From positions 288,001 through 352,000 of the forward strand of contig CAWHHI010000005.1 in assembly GCA_963829055.1 (NCBI GenBank): a stretch of DNA of 64,000 nucleotides, written 5' to 3'. Below are positions 49,632 through 61,942 of this stretch, piece by piece. Each line of letters begins with the position of its first letter. Position 1 is the stretch's first letter. Origin of the DNA: an uncultured Gemmatimonadaceae bacterium (GTDB lineage: Bacteria; Gemmatimonadota; Gemmatimonadetes; Gemmatimonadales; Gemmatimonadaceae). Below the pieces are notes generated by a model that was not told where the DNA came from, did not search any database, and saw nothing but the letters and a program-made list of their open reading frames with translations. The position numbers and the translations under genes are program-made.

Positions 49632-50504
49632 CTATGGTCGTCGGCTCGCGTCAGGGGTCGTCCAGTGCGGCACACTCCCCCACGCACGCGCGTCGAAAAG
49701 CCGATCGTCGAGCGGGACGCCGGTGCGCACGTCGTAGTAGACTTCCAGGAACGCGCGTCGCCCGTCGCGGAAGAACTGCACCTCCTCCGCGATCCACCCG
49801 CCGCCCACCGGCCGGTAGCGGTTGAACTGGATCTCCGACGTCCCGGTCGCGTTAGGCCCCGCCGGCTGGATGAGTCGCACGAACAGCAGACGCTCGCGAT
49901 CGACCCAGAACTGCTTCGAGCGGAGATCACCCGCGGCCGCGCCGACCACGTACACCGGCGTGCCCATCCACGTGTCCTCCCGCACGCGGGACAGGTCGAA
50001 CCCGCTCTGTCGCAGTACCGCCAGTGTTCGGTCGGTCGGCTGCGCGTACACGTCGAAGCCGAGGACCAGGAGGTCGTTGAATCCCGGTGCCGCGCGGACG
50101 ACCGAGCCACCGCGGACCGTGAACACGCTGTCGCGCGCGTAGACCGTGCCGTTGCGCGTCGCCATGGGCTCCATGTCGATGCGCAGCCGCCCAGGGAGCG
50201 AGAGCCCTTCGTGCCAGATCTCGGTCCTGGGCGCGCTGTCCGCCGGAAACGTGATCGCCGCCTGCGTGAACGTGAGCGTTCGATACCACTGGTTCGCGTA
50301 CCGGTCGTGCATGGCCCTGACCAGTTCCGCGCCATCAGTCACGGAAGACGTGCTGGCGGACGTGCCGCCGCCCTGGCGTGTGGAGGCACAGGCGGTGGCC
50401 GCGAGCATCAGAGCGGCCGAGACGAGCACCGCGCGCGAGGTCGCGGCGGGCAGGCGCGTACGGGAAGCGGAGAGTCCGCGCGTGGTGAGCGTGTGTGGAG
50501 GCAT
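49632..50504 (-). CDS. Hypothetical lipoprotein (LolA-like / lipoprotein-sorting fold)
   Basis: Lipobox ATAC; WYRTLTFTQ, PGRLRID, QFWVDRERLLFVRL and LDDRLFD. Confidence 0.65.
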   Translation of the reverse strand: MPPHTLTTRGLSASRTRLPAATSRAVLVSAALMLAATACASTRQGGGTSASTSSVTDGAELVRAMHDRYANQWYRTLTFTQAAITFPADSAPRTEIWHEGLSLPGRLRIDMEPMATRNGTVYARDSVFTVRGGSVVRAAPGFNDLLVLGFDVYAQPTDRTLAVLRQSGFDLSRVREDTWMGTPVYVVGAAAGDLRSKQFWVDRERLLFVRLIQPAGPNATGTSEIQFNRYRPVGGGWIAEEVQFFRDGRRAFLEVYYDVRTGVPLDDRLFDARAWGSVPHWTTPDASRRP

Positions 50505-50961
50505 GCGCCCGATGTCAGTGTCGTTGAGGTCGCAACATGCCGCGGTGACGCGACCGGCGGAAGGCGCGCGTGGTTGGTGCCTAGCAACACGGCGCGTCCT
50601 CATCTCGGGCTCGCTTGTCCGGTACGGCGGACGAATCTGGGCCCTGCTCGGACTCTGGACACGGCAACGCGAGCACCGCACCCACGAGCGCACCCAGCAC
50701 GCTGCCCCACGCCGTCTCTTCCTTCGTCGTTAGGTACACACTCCGGTCGACGCGCAGCTTCCCGTCACGCCCCCGGTAGACTGCGACCCCGTCCTTCAGG
50801 TCCAGCGTCAGCCCCGCGTTCAGCTGCTACAGCTGATCGAGGACTTCCGCTGCGCGATGGGTTCCCTGGAACCCGACTGCAATGAGCTCTGCCATGACAC
50901 GTTCTCCTCTCGTATGTGATCGGGCCTGCGCCGCCCGGCGGTCGCCGGGCGGCGCTACGAC

Positions 50962-51541
50962 TCAGGTTGTCCCGTAGCGCTCGACCGCGGCATCGTACGC
51001 CTGGTCGAAGTACCGCTCCGATTCCTCGAGCGCCGCACGCGCCTTCGCGCTGTACCGCTCGTTCTTCGCCGCGGCCGCCCGCGCCCTTGCGAGCGCGATC
51101 TTCTCCTCCAGCGCCGCGAGGTCGTCGTGCGACTTCATGGCGACATCCGCGCGCTTCTGGTTGGTCTGTGCGTTCCAGACCTGGAGCCGCGCTTCCGCCT
51201 CATCGAGCCGCGCGTAGAACTGCCGCTCGCGCGCCGAGTCCCAGGCGGTGACGCGCTCGTTCACGCGCTGGATGTCGGCTTGCAGGTCCTTGATCTCCTT
51301 CTCCACCTCGCGTTTCGTCGCCGCGTAATCGGCGGCGGCCTGCTGCTTGAGGTTCGCGATGTTCTTCTTTACGCGCTCCTTCGCGGCGGCGAGGCCGGAG
51401 ATCTCATCCATCTCGGCCTTTGCCTTCTTCGCTTCGGCCTTGGGCCTGGAGCACTGTCAGCCTCGCGTCAGCCTCTCGGACCTCGGCCTCGAACTTCGCG
51501 GCGACGAGGTCGTTCTCTCGTTGTATTTGTGGCGTTGTCAT
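50962..51541 (-). CDS. Coiled-coil hypothetical protein (frameshift near 51440)
   Basis: MTTPQIQRENDLVAAKFEAEVREADARL... joins ORF 50962..51411, an Ala/Glu/Lys-rich helix. Confidence 0.65.
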
Positions 51542-51574
51542 CTTTCATCTCCAATCGTTGATGGACGGCGGCGC

Positions 51575-52135
51575 CTAACGCGCTGCGGTCGCAGGGGTCA
51601 TCACCTGCTCGAACTTCGCGGCCGACTCCTTCGGCAGCGTCGTCCGCAGGACCTTGCCGCCGTATCCGCGGAACTTCTCGGCGGTCGCCACGGGGTTCGC
51701 CGCGCGCGCGAGCACGAACACTGCCGACTGCCCCGGCTGCACCATCCCGCCAACTTCCTTCACGAAGTCGTCGGAGATGCCGTAGGTCTTCTTCCACGTG
51801 TCGGCATCGTCGCCGCCGATCGCCGCGCCGGTCACGCCGCCGGTGAACAGTCCGGCGCCGAGTGTCGTCGCCGCCACGGCCGCGCTCGCGCCGAGGGTGA
51901 ACGGAGCCAGGAGGGCAGCCCCAACGAGCCCGCCGAGCATGGCGCCCCATGCAGCGCCTTCCTTCGTCGTCGGCTGCGCACTCTGGTCGACGCGCAGCTT
52001 CCCGTCGTCAGTGCGATACACCGCGACAGCGTCCTTCAAGTCGATCTCGAAGGACAGGTCGATGTCCTCCAGCTGGTTCAGCACCTCCGCTGCGCGGTGC
52101 TTCCCCTCGAACCCCACTACCATGAGCTCTGCCAT
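51575..52135 (-). CDS. DUF1269 family membrane protein
   Basis: MAELMVVGF, DAVAVYR, Gly-rich hairpin, GISDDFVKEVG and GGKVLRTTL. Confidence 0.88.
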   Translation of the reverse strand: MAELMVVGFEGKHRAAEVLNQLEDIDLSFEIDLKDAVAVYRTDDGKLRVDQSAQPTTKEGAAWGAMLGGLVGAALLAPFTLGASAAVAATTLGAGLFTGGVTGAAIGGDDADTWKKTYGISDDFVKEVGGMVQPGQSAVFVLARAANPVATAEKFRGYGGKVLRTTLPKESAAKFEQVMTPATAAR

Positions 52136-52184
52136 TGTTCGGTTCTCCAGTATGTGTGTATTTGTGTGTCTTCGTGTGTCCATC

Positions 52185-52640
52185 TCACCGCTGGCGCGGC
52201 GTCGCGCCTAACGTGTCCGCGGGCGGCGGCAACGCCCGCAGGTGTTGCCGGATGTTCTGGAACTCCGGCGTATCGCTGGCCAGCGCTCCGTGCGGCGAGC
52301 GAGCGACCTTCGCGATCTGACGGTCGAGGGAGACGATCCTCGCCTGGTCCGTCGGATGTGTCGCGAAGAACGCGTCGATCGGCGTGGGCTGATCTGTTCG
52401 CTGGTCCAGCATCCACTGCAGGAAAGCGGGCAGCCCCTCCGGATCGAAGCCGGCGCGGACGGTGTTGATGACGGCTTCCGAGTCCGCCTCCGTCTCATCG
52501 CGCTGACTGTATCGGGCCGTCATTGCGTCGGCGCCGGTCTGCACGGCGATGGCCCCGCCGAGCGTGTGGCAGGCGCTCGTTAGGGTGCAGAGCAGCACCA
52601 CGCCGACGTCGCGCTTCGCCGCCTTCTGCAGCTGCCTCGA
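52185..52640 (-). pseudogene. C-terminal remnant of an M48 family metallopeptidase
   Basis: YSQRDETEAD, AGFDPEG and FFATHP; sequence begins after where HExxH should be. Confidence 0.75.
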
Positions 52641-54385
52641 GCCGCAGGCCGTCAAGAGCAAGGTCTTTCATCTCCGTCGCGTGCTCGACGACGATCCCAG
52701 GCAGCCCCGCTACATCGAGACGGTCTCTCGCCGTGGCTACCGCTTCGTGGCCAGGCTCGCGGACGTCGCGGTCTCCGACTCGCCCGCGCCCCCGCCGACA
52801 CCGGCTGAGGAAGTCCACCTCGTGGGTCGCGCTGCCGCTCTCGCCGAGCTATGGCAATGCGTTCGCAACGCGAGCACGGGAAAGGTCGAGATCGTCTTCA
52901 TCACCGGCGAGCCGGGCATCGGGAAGACCGCGCTGGTGGAGGAGCTCGGCGCGACAGGTCGCCGCGACGCGCCCCGAGATACGCATCGCGCACGGCCAGT
53001 GCGTCGAGGGATTCGGAAGCAAGGAGGCGTTCTATCCCGTGCTCCAGGCGATCGGTCAGCTCTGTCGCGGGCCGCTCGGAGCAGCGGTGGTCGACACACT
53101 CGCCTCCCACGCGCCGACATGGCTCGTGCAGTTCCCTGCGCTCCTCACGCGCGAGCATCGCGAAACCCTCAAGCAGGAGATCCTCGGCGCCACGAGAGAG
53201 CGGATGCTGCGCGAGATCTGCGAGGCGCTCGAGACGATCGCCGCATCTGCCCCGCTGCTGCTGATCCTGGAGGACCTCCACTGGGCGGACTCCTCCACCC
53301 TCGACTTGATCTCTGCGCTCGCGCGCCACCGCGTGGCCGCGAAGGTCCTGGTCGTCGCCACGTACCGGCCCACGGATGTCGCGCGCTCGTCGCAACCGTT
53401 GCATGCCCTCAAGCGCGACCTGGTCGCGCGACACCTGTCCCGCGAGATCGTGCTGGAGCCGCTCGCGGAGTCCGAGATCGTCGAGTACCTGACGTTAGGC
53501 AACACGACGGCCGGTGTGCCGGAGGCGCTCGCGTCGTTGCTCCACCGCCACACCGAGGGCAATCCGCTGTTCATGATCGCCGTGCTGGAGCACCTGATCG
53601 GGCGCGGGCTCGTGGAGCGCGATCGCGATGGGTGGCGCTTACGACGCCCAGCCGAGGAGATCTCCCTCGAGCTCCCGGAGAGCCTGCGGCAGATGATCGG
53701 GGCGCAGATCGAGCGCCTCACCGAGACCGAGCAGCGCGTACTGGAAGTCGCCGCGATCGCGGGCATGTCGTTCGCGCCGGCGATCAGCGCGCCGACGGCC
53801 GACATGGACCCCGGCGGCGTTCGAGGAGTGCTGCGACGCGCTCGCGCGGCGCGGCCACATCCTGCGCCTCGCCGACACGCAGGAACTGCCCGACGGCACG
53901 CATCGTCCAGCGCTACGCGTTCGCGCACGCGCTCTACCGCGAAGCGCTCTACGAGCGCCAGTCGCCGGCGCGACGCGCGATGCTGCATCGCCGGCGCGCC
54001 GAGCGGCTGGAGGAGATCTTCGCCGCATCGCTCGACGAGGTCGCACCGGAGCTGGCGCATCACTTCGAGAAGGGCGCCGACTGGACTCGCGCCGTGAAAT
54101 ACCTCCGGCTGGCCGCGAACCGCGGCGCACTCGACGGGGCGAGAGCCAACCTCGAGCACGCGCTCGCGCTGGCGGGAAAGCTGCCGATCGCGGAGCGTGC
54201 GACTGCGGAGACGGAGGTGCTCGAGGCACTCGCTGACATGGACCTCGCGACCTTCGACCCGAGCGTGTTCGACACGCTGACGCTGCTGCGGGAGCGGGCA
54301 GCCGAGTACGGGATGGTCGACGTCGAGGCGAAGGCGCTCGTCGATCTCGCCTTCCCATTGGGTTGGAACGCGAGCGAGCGGAAGG
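52640..54385 (+). pseudogene. Winged-helix (Trans_reg_C) + STAND-type AAA ATPase, truncated at both ends, frameshifted
   Basis: LRRVLDDDPRQPRYIETVSRRGYRF, Walker A GEPGIGKT, Walker B LILEDLHWAD, TEGNPLF and FAHALYREALY. Runs into the 3' end of the convergent gene. Confidence 0.8.
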
Positions 54386-56519
54386 TTACGGTACGAACCT
54401 CCGATCGCGATCCATCAGCTGGCGGGCGAAGTACGTGTACTCGAGCGCCGTCGTGCGTGCCTGCTGTGCGATGTTGGCGCCCGAGCCGTGTCCGCCTTCG
54501 ATCACTTCGAAGAAGTAGTACGGCAATCCCATGGCGGCCATCTTCGCGGCAAACTTGCGCGCGTGCTGCGGACCGACGCGGTCGTCCTTCGTCGTGGTCC
54601 AGATCAGCGGCGTCGGGTACTTCACGCCTGGCTTGAGATTGTTGTACGGCGAGATCGACGCGAGGAACGCGCGCTCGTCCGGGTTCGACACGCTGCCGTA
54701 TTCGCCGACCCATGACGCGCCGGCCTGGATCTTCTCGAATCGCAGCATGTCGAGGAGCGGCACCTGAATGTCGACCGCGTTCCACAGCTCCGGACGCTGG
54801 GTGAACTGCACGCCCATCAGCAGCCCGCCGTTGGAGCCGCCCTGAATCCCGAGGTGTCGCGGTGAGGTGATTTTCTTCGCGATGAGATCCTCGGCGACCG
54901 CCGCGAAATCATCGTAGATGACCTGACGACGGGTCTTGAGCCCGGCGTCGTGCCATGCCGGGCCGAACTCGCCGCCACCGCGAATGTTCGCGAGCACGTA
55001 CACGCCGCCCTGCTCGACCCAGAGCTTGCCGACATCGGGATCATAACGCGGCGTCATCGAGGCGTTGAAGCCGCCGTACGCGTAGAGGATCGTCGGGTTG
55101 GCGCCGTCGCGGGCCATCGACTTGGGATGCACGATGAAGTACGGGACCTTCGTTCCATCCTTCGAGGTCGCCTCCATCTGTTCGACGACGCTGCGCGACG
55201 CATCGAACCGCGGGGCGAGTGTCTTGAGCTGCGACGCCGTGCCGCGAGCGGCATCGGCAAGCCAGATGCTGCTCGGCGTCAGGAACCCGGTCACGCCGAC
55301 GAACGCATCGTTCGTCTTCGTGTCCGCAGCCGATGACGTTGGTCGACACGTTGTCCGGGAGGGCCATCGGCGTGCGGGACCATGAATCGTCGGGCGCGCG
55401 CGTTGCGACGAGCACCCTGCCCTTCACGTTCTGGTACACATCGATGAGGAGCTTGTCCCTGGTGGCGGAAACGCCGTCGACGGATTCGCGCGGACCGGGC
55501 TCGAAGACGGGGACCGGCGCTAACGCGTTAGGCGTCGTGAGCGCCGTGTTTCCGTCGAACGCCGCCACCGAACCCCCACGAATCGTCGTGGCGCCGTTCT
55601 TCCAGTCTTCGTACAGGTGGACGATCACCTGTCCATCGATCAGCTCCGCGAAGTTGCCCTTGGCCGGCATGGCCAGGCGGGCGACATCCTTCGGCCTGAC
55701 GATGTAGTGCTCGGCCTCGAACGTGCTCGTGGGGCGGTCGATGAAGCTGAACCGGTGCCCTGCGGCATCGACCAGGGTCACCGGCGATACACCGTAGCCG
55801 CCGTCGTTCGCCGAGCCGCGGAAGATCTCGACCGCGTCCGCGAGCGGCTTTCCGCGAGCGAGCTTCTTGACAATGAACGCGTAGCCGGAGCTCGTCACCT
55901 CACCAGGGTTCCACTCGCGAGAGACGAGGATCGTGTCCTGGCTCGTCCACGCCACCCGCTGCTTTCCTTTGGGGAGATAGAACCCGTTCTTCACGAACGA
56001 GCGCGACTCCAGGTCGAACTCCCGGTCGGTGCTCGCGTCTTCACCGCCATCGGAGAGGGAGATCAGGCAGCGCTTCTCTGCGGGCTGCTGGCACGTGTAG
56101 CCATGAAAGACCCAGTTCGCCTTCTCGGCCTTGGCGAGCGCGTCGAGATCGAGCACCGTGGTCCACTTGGGCGAGGCGCTGCGATAGCTCGCGAGCGACG
56201 TCTTGCGCCAGATGCCGCGGACGTGGGCCGAGTCCCGCCAGAAGTTGTAGAGCTCCCCGCCGATGTAGCTGACGTACGCGAGTCGGTCCTTGGCCTGCGC
56301 CATGGTGAGCGCCGCTTTGTAGATGCCCTCCCACCGCGGATCCTTCTCCAGAACCGCGGTGGTCTTCGCGTTTTCGGCATTCACCCAGGCCATGGCGCGC
56401 TCGCCGTGGACCTCCTCGAGCCAGAGATACGGGTCGGTGGTGTCAGCCTTGGTGGCCTGTGCGGAGGCGCGAGTCGGAAGGAAGGCTGCGCAGCAGGCGA
56501 GGAGGACGAGAGTTCGCAT
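54386..56519 (-). CDS. Prolyl oligopeptidase (S9A), secreted (frameshift near 55335)
   Basis: DPYLWLEE, SKDGTKVPY, YGGF, NIRGGGEFG, GGSNGG, DDRV and GGHG. Confidence 0.93.
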
Positions 56520-56862
56520 GGCGGAGACCGCGTGAGGGTGGAAGAGTCGATCAGAAACTTACGAGGAATGGACCGCGACGGACACGATCGCCCGCTGCGG
56601 GCACATTCGAGCGCCCGCGTCGAACGGGAGCCGACTCTTCCACATAGCTCATGCGTCAGGCGTACGGTGCCACCTACGAGGCTGCCGCCACGCGCCCGTG
56701 TAACCGTCGCTGGTCGCGCCGTGACCCTGACGCGCGACCGGCCCGCACCCAACCATCGCGTCGGCGAATCCAGCCCGTCGACGGAATGCGCGCGCGTGGG
56801 GATGATTGGAGAATTGAGTTGCCCATTAGGGGCGACTCACCTCCACTCCACGGTAGCGAACA

Positions 56863-57690
56863 ATGCGAAACACGACACACCTGATCGCCGCGCTCGGTGG
56901 CGCGGTCATGCTGATTGGCTGCGACGACGCGGCGCCGGCAACCGGCCCGAGCGCACCTAACGCCGTCGTTGCGACGGGTACGGGCTCAGCCGACAAGAAG
57001 GCAGTGAAGGACAAGGGCGACGCGAGGATCGTGAGCGCCACGGGCGACATCCTTCCGACGGTCGACGAGTTCCGCAATCTGCTCGGTGCCCTCAACCCGA
57101 ACGTGGTCGGCGAGCAGCCCGGCGGTCGCCGCGAAGTCAACTGGGATGGCGTTGGCGCGGCGAACACGAACAACGAAGCCTTCCCCGGCAACTTCTTCAA
57201 CGTGAACTCGCCTCGCGGCATCCTGCTCAGCACGCCGTCGGGACTCTTCCGTATCAGCAGCAACGGCTACACGGACGTCAACCCGAACTACGCCGACGAG
57301 TTCAGCGTTTTCAGCCCGCCACGGTTGTTCGTCGCCCGTGGCAGCACGATCACCGACGTCGCGTTCGTCGTCGCGGGCTCGAACACGCCGGCAACCGTTA
57401 CTGGGTTCGGCGCAGTTTTCGCCGACGTGGGCCGGGCACACTCGACGCGGATCGAGTACTACGACGCCAACGGCAAGCGGTTGCTCACGGTCGCGGCGCC
57501 TCGACGAAGCGACGACAGAGGGCTGTCGTTCGTCGGGGCGGTCTTCGACTCGCGCATCGTCGCGCGCGTGCGAGTGATCTCCGGAGATACGCCGATCGGT
57601 CCCGATGACAACGTTCACGGCGCGGGGAAGAAGCGCGACGTCGTGGCCATGGACGACTTCATTTACGGCGAGCCGCGAGCTATCAACTGA
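56863..57690 (+). CDS. Hypothetical lipoprotein
   Basis: Lipobox LIGC; GRREVNWDGV, FSPPRLF and DVVAMDDFIYGEP resemble a conserved secreted hypothetical family. Confidence 0.75.
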   Translation: MRNTTHLIAALGGAVMLIGCDDAAPATGPSAPNAVVATGTGSADKKAVKDKGDARIVSATGDILPTVDEFRNLLGALNPNVVGEQPGGRREVNWDGVGAANTNNEAFPGNFFNVNSPRGILLSTPSGLFRISSNGYTDVNPNYADEFSVFSPPRLFVARGSTITDVAFVVAGSNTPATVTGFGAVFADVGRAHSTRIEYYDANGKRLLTVAAPRRSDDRGLSFVGAVFDSRIVARVRVISGDTPIGPDDNVHGAGKKRDVVAMDDFIYGEPRAIN

Positions 57691-57892
57691 CCAATGGACC
57701 GAAGCGAGGCGCATGATGCCGCCGGCTCATGGGCCTCGCTTCGCCGCCGGTACGGTGATTGTTGTCCCCCGCGGCCATCTGGCAGCCAGGCGATGCGGTC
57801 TGCCTAACGCTGATCCAGAGGAACATCGCGGGCCGGCACCGCAGTGGCCGCGCGATCTCCTGCCTCGCGTCGCTGGCCCGCATCGCCTAACG

Positions 57893-58417
57893 TCATCGAC
57901 CGAGACCGATGGTGCCGTCGAACGAACCGGACGAATTACGATCTGCCGCGATGTTCACTTGCCTGAGGATGAAGCTCCCCGTCGCGCCCGCGAACCGGCC
58001 CGTGCCTCCGGTGATCGTCAGGCTCTCGAGTGAGCTGAGGCTCTGCCCGTCCTCACTCGGCGTTCCCTGCGCTGTCCCTTCCGCGGTGAGAACGTCCCCG
58101 TTGGCCGCCGTCAGGGTCATTCGCTCGGACCCCGCGACCGTTACGAGACTCAGCTCGTAGTCGATCACCAACGTGTAGCGGCCGAGGTGGGTCGCGGTGC
58201 CGGCGCCGACCAGGTGAATGAAGGCGGTGTTGGTCCCGAAGTCGTACACCGCCACGTGGGACGCTGAGTCCACCGTGCCGTGGAACGGCAACGCTGCCGC
58301 GTTCGCGGCCGCGCGGGCGGTGGCCCCGCCGCCAGTGGAGAGCGCGGTGGGCGCGTCGCTGGTGCAGCCGGCAACGGCGCAGATGAGGACCAGCATGGGG
58401 AGCGTGGGAGTGCGCAT
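57893..58417 (-). CDS. Hypothetical lipoprotein
   Basis: Lipobox VAGC; GTATHLGRY, AANGD and ITGGTGRFAGATGS. Confidence 0.75.
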   Translation of the reverse strand: MRTPTLPMLVLICAVAGCTSDAPTALSTGGGATARAAANAAALPFHGTVDSASHVAVYDFGTNTAFIHLVGAGTATHLGRYTLVIDYELSLVTVAGSERMTLTAANGDVLTAEGTAQGTPSEDGQSLSSLESLTITGGTGRFAGATGSFILRQVNIAADRNSSGSFDGTIGLGR

Positions 58418-58559
58418 AGGGAATCTCCAGTTGGGGTAGAGTGGGATGGGGCGCGGTCGCGACATCCGCATTGCCGCCTCGGTGGGGTGGTCATAGGTTT
58501 GCCGACGGGCTGCCGTGATCTCGCCCGCCTACACGCGCAGAACCCACGTGATTTCAGAC

Positions 58560-59159
58560 ATGGCAGCGCTCGCCCAACAGCACGCGGTCACGGACGCGCT
58601 GGGCGCGGTGCGGGACGGAGCGCCGGGCGCAGTGGACCGACTCATCGCTCTCGTCTACGCCGATCTGTCGCGCATCGCGCGCCGCCAGCTCGGGCTCGAA
58701 GCGCCCGGCCATACGCTCTCCACGACGGCGCTCGTTCACGAGGCATATCTCCGTCTCGTCGACCAGACGCGGGCTCAGTGGGCCGACCGCGTGCAGTTCT
58801 TCGCCGTCGCTGCGCACGTGATGCGACGCGTGCTGGTGGACTACGCCCGGCGTCATCGCGCCGCGCGGCGGGGAGGCTCGCAGCGGAGGGCCGTTTCGCT
58901 GGAGGCGCTCGAGTCGATCGACACCGCGAGTCTCGCCGTGGCCGAACGCGCCGACGTGCTCCTGGCGCTGGACGAGGCGCTCGACCGGCTCGCCGCGCTG
59001 GACGCGCGACAGGCGCGGGTCGTCGAGTGCCGGTTCTTCGGGGGACTCACGGAAGCGGAGACGGCGGCGGCGCTGGGCGTCACGAGCCGCACCGTGACTC
59101 GCGACTGGGTCAAGGCGCGCGGGTGGCTATACCAGGAGTTGCGCAGTGACGCCTCCTGA
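58560..59159 (+). CDS. ECF sigma factor (TIGR02999-type)
   Basis: LVYADLSRIA, HTLSTTALVHEAYLRL, MRRVLVDYAR, VVECRFFGGL and RDWVKARGWL. Confidence 0.93.
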   Translation: MAALAQQHAVTDALGAVRDGAPGAVDRLIALVYADLSRIARRQLGLEAPGHTLSTTALVHEAYLRLVDQTRAQWADRVQFFAVAAHVMRRVLVDYARRHRAARRGGSQRRAVSLEALESIDTASLAVAERADVLLALDEALDRLAALDARQARVVECRFFGGLTEAETAAALGVTSRTVTRDWVKARGWLYQELRSDAS

Positions 59160-61942
59160 GCCGCCGGAGGACTCGGCCGGCGCCGCCGGGCCCGCAATTC
59201 CGTCAGCGCGGTGGCGCGACGTTCAGGCCGTGGTCGATGGCGCACTCGATCTCGCGCCCGACTCGCGCGCCGCCTATCTCAATGTCGCGTGCGGTGCGAA
59301 CTCCGTGCTCCGCGAGCAGGCGGCGCAGCTGCTCGACGCTTGCGAGCGCGCGGCCGGTACCGGTGGACTCCTCGCGGCGCCGGTGGCGGAGCTCGTCGCT
59401 CCCCTCGTCGCGCATGTCGCGGAGCAGGACGCCGCGCGGGAAGGCGAGCGGCGTGCGAGCCTCGCCGCCGGGTTCAGGGCCGCCCTCGCCGGGCGGTACG
59501 ACGTCGAGCGCGAGCTCGGACGTGGCGGCATGGCGACAGTCTATCTCGCGCACGACGCGCGACACCGCAGGCGCGTCGCGCTCAAGGTGCTCGACCCGGC
59601 GCTGCTCGACGCAGTGAGCGGTGAGCGCTTCCTGCGCGAGATCCGCATCACGGCGGCGCTCACGCACCCTCACGTCTTGCCGCTCCACGACTCCGGCGAG
59701 GCCGCGGGACTGCTCTACTACGTGATGCCATACGTCGGAGGGCGAGACGCTTCGTGCGCGCCTAACGCGCGATGGCGCACTCCCGCTCGCGGACGCGACG
59801 CGCCTCATCCGCGAGCTGGCCGACGCACTCGCGCACGCGCACGGCAAGGGCGTGATCCACCGCGACCTGAAGCCGGAGAACGTCCTCCTGGCGGGCGGCC
59901 ATGCGGTCGTCGCCGATTTCGGTATCGCACGCGCCGTCCGCCGCGCCCGGGACACGCGCGCGCCGGTGTCCGCCCATGACGCACCGGGCGGGGCAGCGAC
60001 GCTGACGGAAGTGGGGATGTCGTTAGGCACGCCGGCGTACATGGCACCCGAGCAGGTCGTCGGCGATGCCGCCGTCGACCACCGCGCCGACCTGTACGCC
60101 CTCGGCGTCGTCGCATACGAGGTGCTCGCCGGCACGCACCCGTTCGGCCCGCGCTCACCGCAGGCGCTCGTCGCGGCGCACCTCACCGAGATCCCGCCGC
60201 CACTCACGGCGAAGCGCCGCGACGTGCCGCCTACCCTCGCGGCGCTCGTCGCGCGGCTGCTCGCCAAGGACCCCGCCGATCGGCCGCCTAACGCAGAGGC
60301 CGTGTTGCAGGTGCTCGATGGAGTACCGGCGAAGCCGACGAGGGTAGCGGCCATCCGCCGCTGGACGGTACTCGCGTCCGCGGCGCTGCTCTTGACGTTA
60401 GGCGCCGGAGCGTACGCCGTGTGGCGCGGCACGGCGGCGCCGGGCGCTGGCCGCGCGCGGGGCGCCCCGATGATCCGCAGGCTGGCCGTGCTGCCGTTCG
60501 CGAACACGAGCGGTGACCGGCAGGACGACTTCTTCAGCGACGGCCTGACCGACGAGCTGGCGCACGCACTCGCCAACCTCCCCGGGCTGCGGCTCGCCGG
60601 ACGCACCGAGAGCTATACGTTCAAGGGGAAGGCCGCTGCGGCGCAGTCGGTCGGGCGGGCGCTCGGCGTCGACGCGTTCGTCAGCGCGACGGTGCGGCGG
60701 TCGGGCGACCGCCTGCGCGTGAACCCGCAGCTCGTGAGCACGTCCGACGGGACGGTGCTGTGGGACAGTGTGTACGAGACTCGCTCGGGCGACTTCTTCG
60801 CCGTGCAGGACTCGCTGACGCGCGCGGTCGTCGCTGCGCTGGCGCCGGCGTTAGGCGTTCGCGACACCGCGGACGCGCGGGGAGACCGCGGCGCGAGACC
60901 GGTCGCGGTCGACGTGGGGCGTGGCACGACGGACGAGGGGGCCTACGAGCTGTACCTCAAGGGGCGCTACTACTATCACGAGCGCGGCGCCGAGAACGTC
61001 ATCCGCTCCATCGCGTACTTCCAGCAGGCCATCGGGCGCGACCCGGCGTTCGCGCGCGCGTACGCGGCGTTGGCGCTCGCCTACGTCGTGCTCCCGGTGT
61101 ACGTCCCCGACCCGGCCGACTCGACGACGCCGCTGATCAAGAAGAGCGCGCGCAGTGCGATGACGCTCGACTCCACGCTCGCCGACGCGCAGCTCGCGAC
61201 GGCCACCGGCCTCGAGCGCGACTTCCGGTTCGCGGAGGCAGAGGCGCACTACCGCGCGGCGGTCGGCATCGAGCCGTGGAACGAGAACGCGCACCACGGC
61301 TACAGTTGGCTGCTCACGGCCGTCGGGCGCACGGACGAGGCGCTCGCGGAGGCTCGTGAGGCGGCGCGACTCGACCCGTTGGCCAAGTCGTCGGGGACCT
61401 CGGTGGCGGAGGCGCTCATCGATGCACGTCGGTTCCGGGAGGCGGAGGCGGAGGCACGCCGCGTCCTCGCGATGGACCCCACCTTCTCGCTCGGGCTCTA
61501 CAGCCTCGGGCTCGCCCAGGCGTTAGGCGGCCAGCCGGACAGCGGGGTGCGGACGCTGGAGCTGGGCGTGCGGCTCTACCCCGAGAGCGTCCCGCTGCGG
61601 GGGAGACTGCTCTTCGCGTACGCTGTCGCGGGCCGTTGGGGCAATGTGGAGCGGATGCGAAAGGAGCTCGGTCGGCCTGGCGGCGACCCCACCGGTGGCG
61701 CCCTGCCGGCGTTCGCGGACCTCGTGCTCGGAGACCGCGCGCCGCTCCTGCGCCTGGTTACGACGCGCGCCGGGCAGCGCCTGTGGTTCCGCATATTGCG
61801 GGGGACGGCCGTCGGAACCGGCTGCAACCCGCTCGCCGACCCGCTGTGGACCGACGCGGGCTACCGCGCCGCGATGCGCGACCTCGGCATGGCCCCGTGT
61901 CCGCAGGCGCGGCCGTGGACGCTGCCGCCGCGTCCGGCGTGA
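59146..61942 (+). CDS. Ser/Thr kinase with TM, TolB-like and TPR domains (frameshift at ~59737)
   Basis: [33 protein letters not shown] helix, LAVLPFAN...FSDGLTDEL and AYELYLKGR TPRs. Overlaps the sigma stop. Confidence 0.93.
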
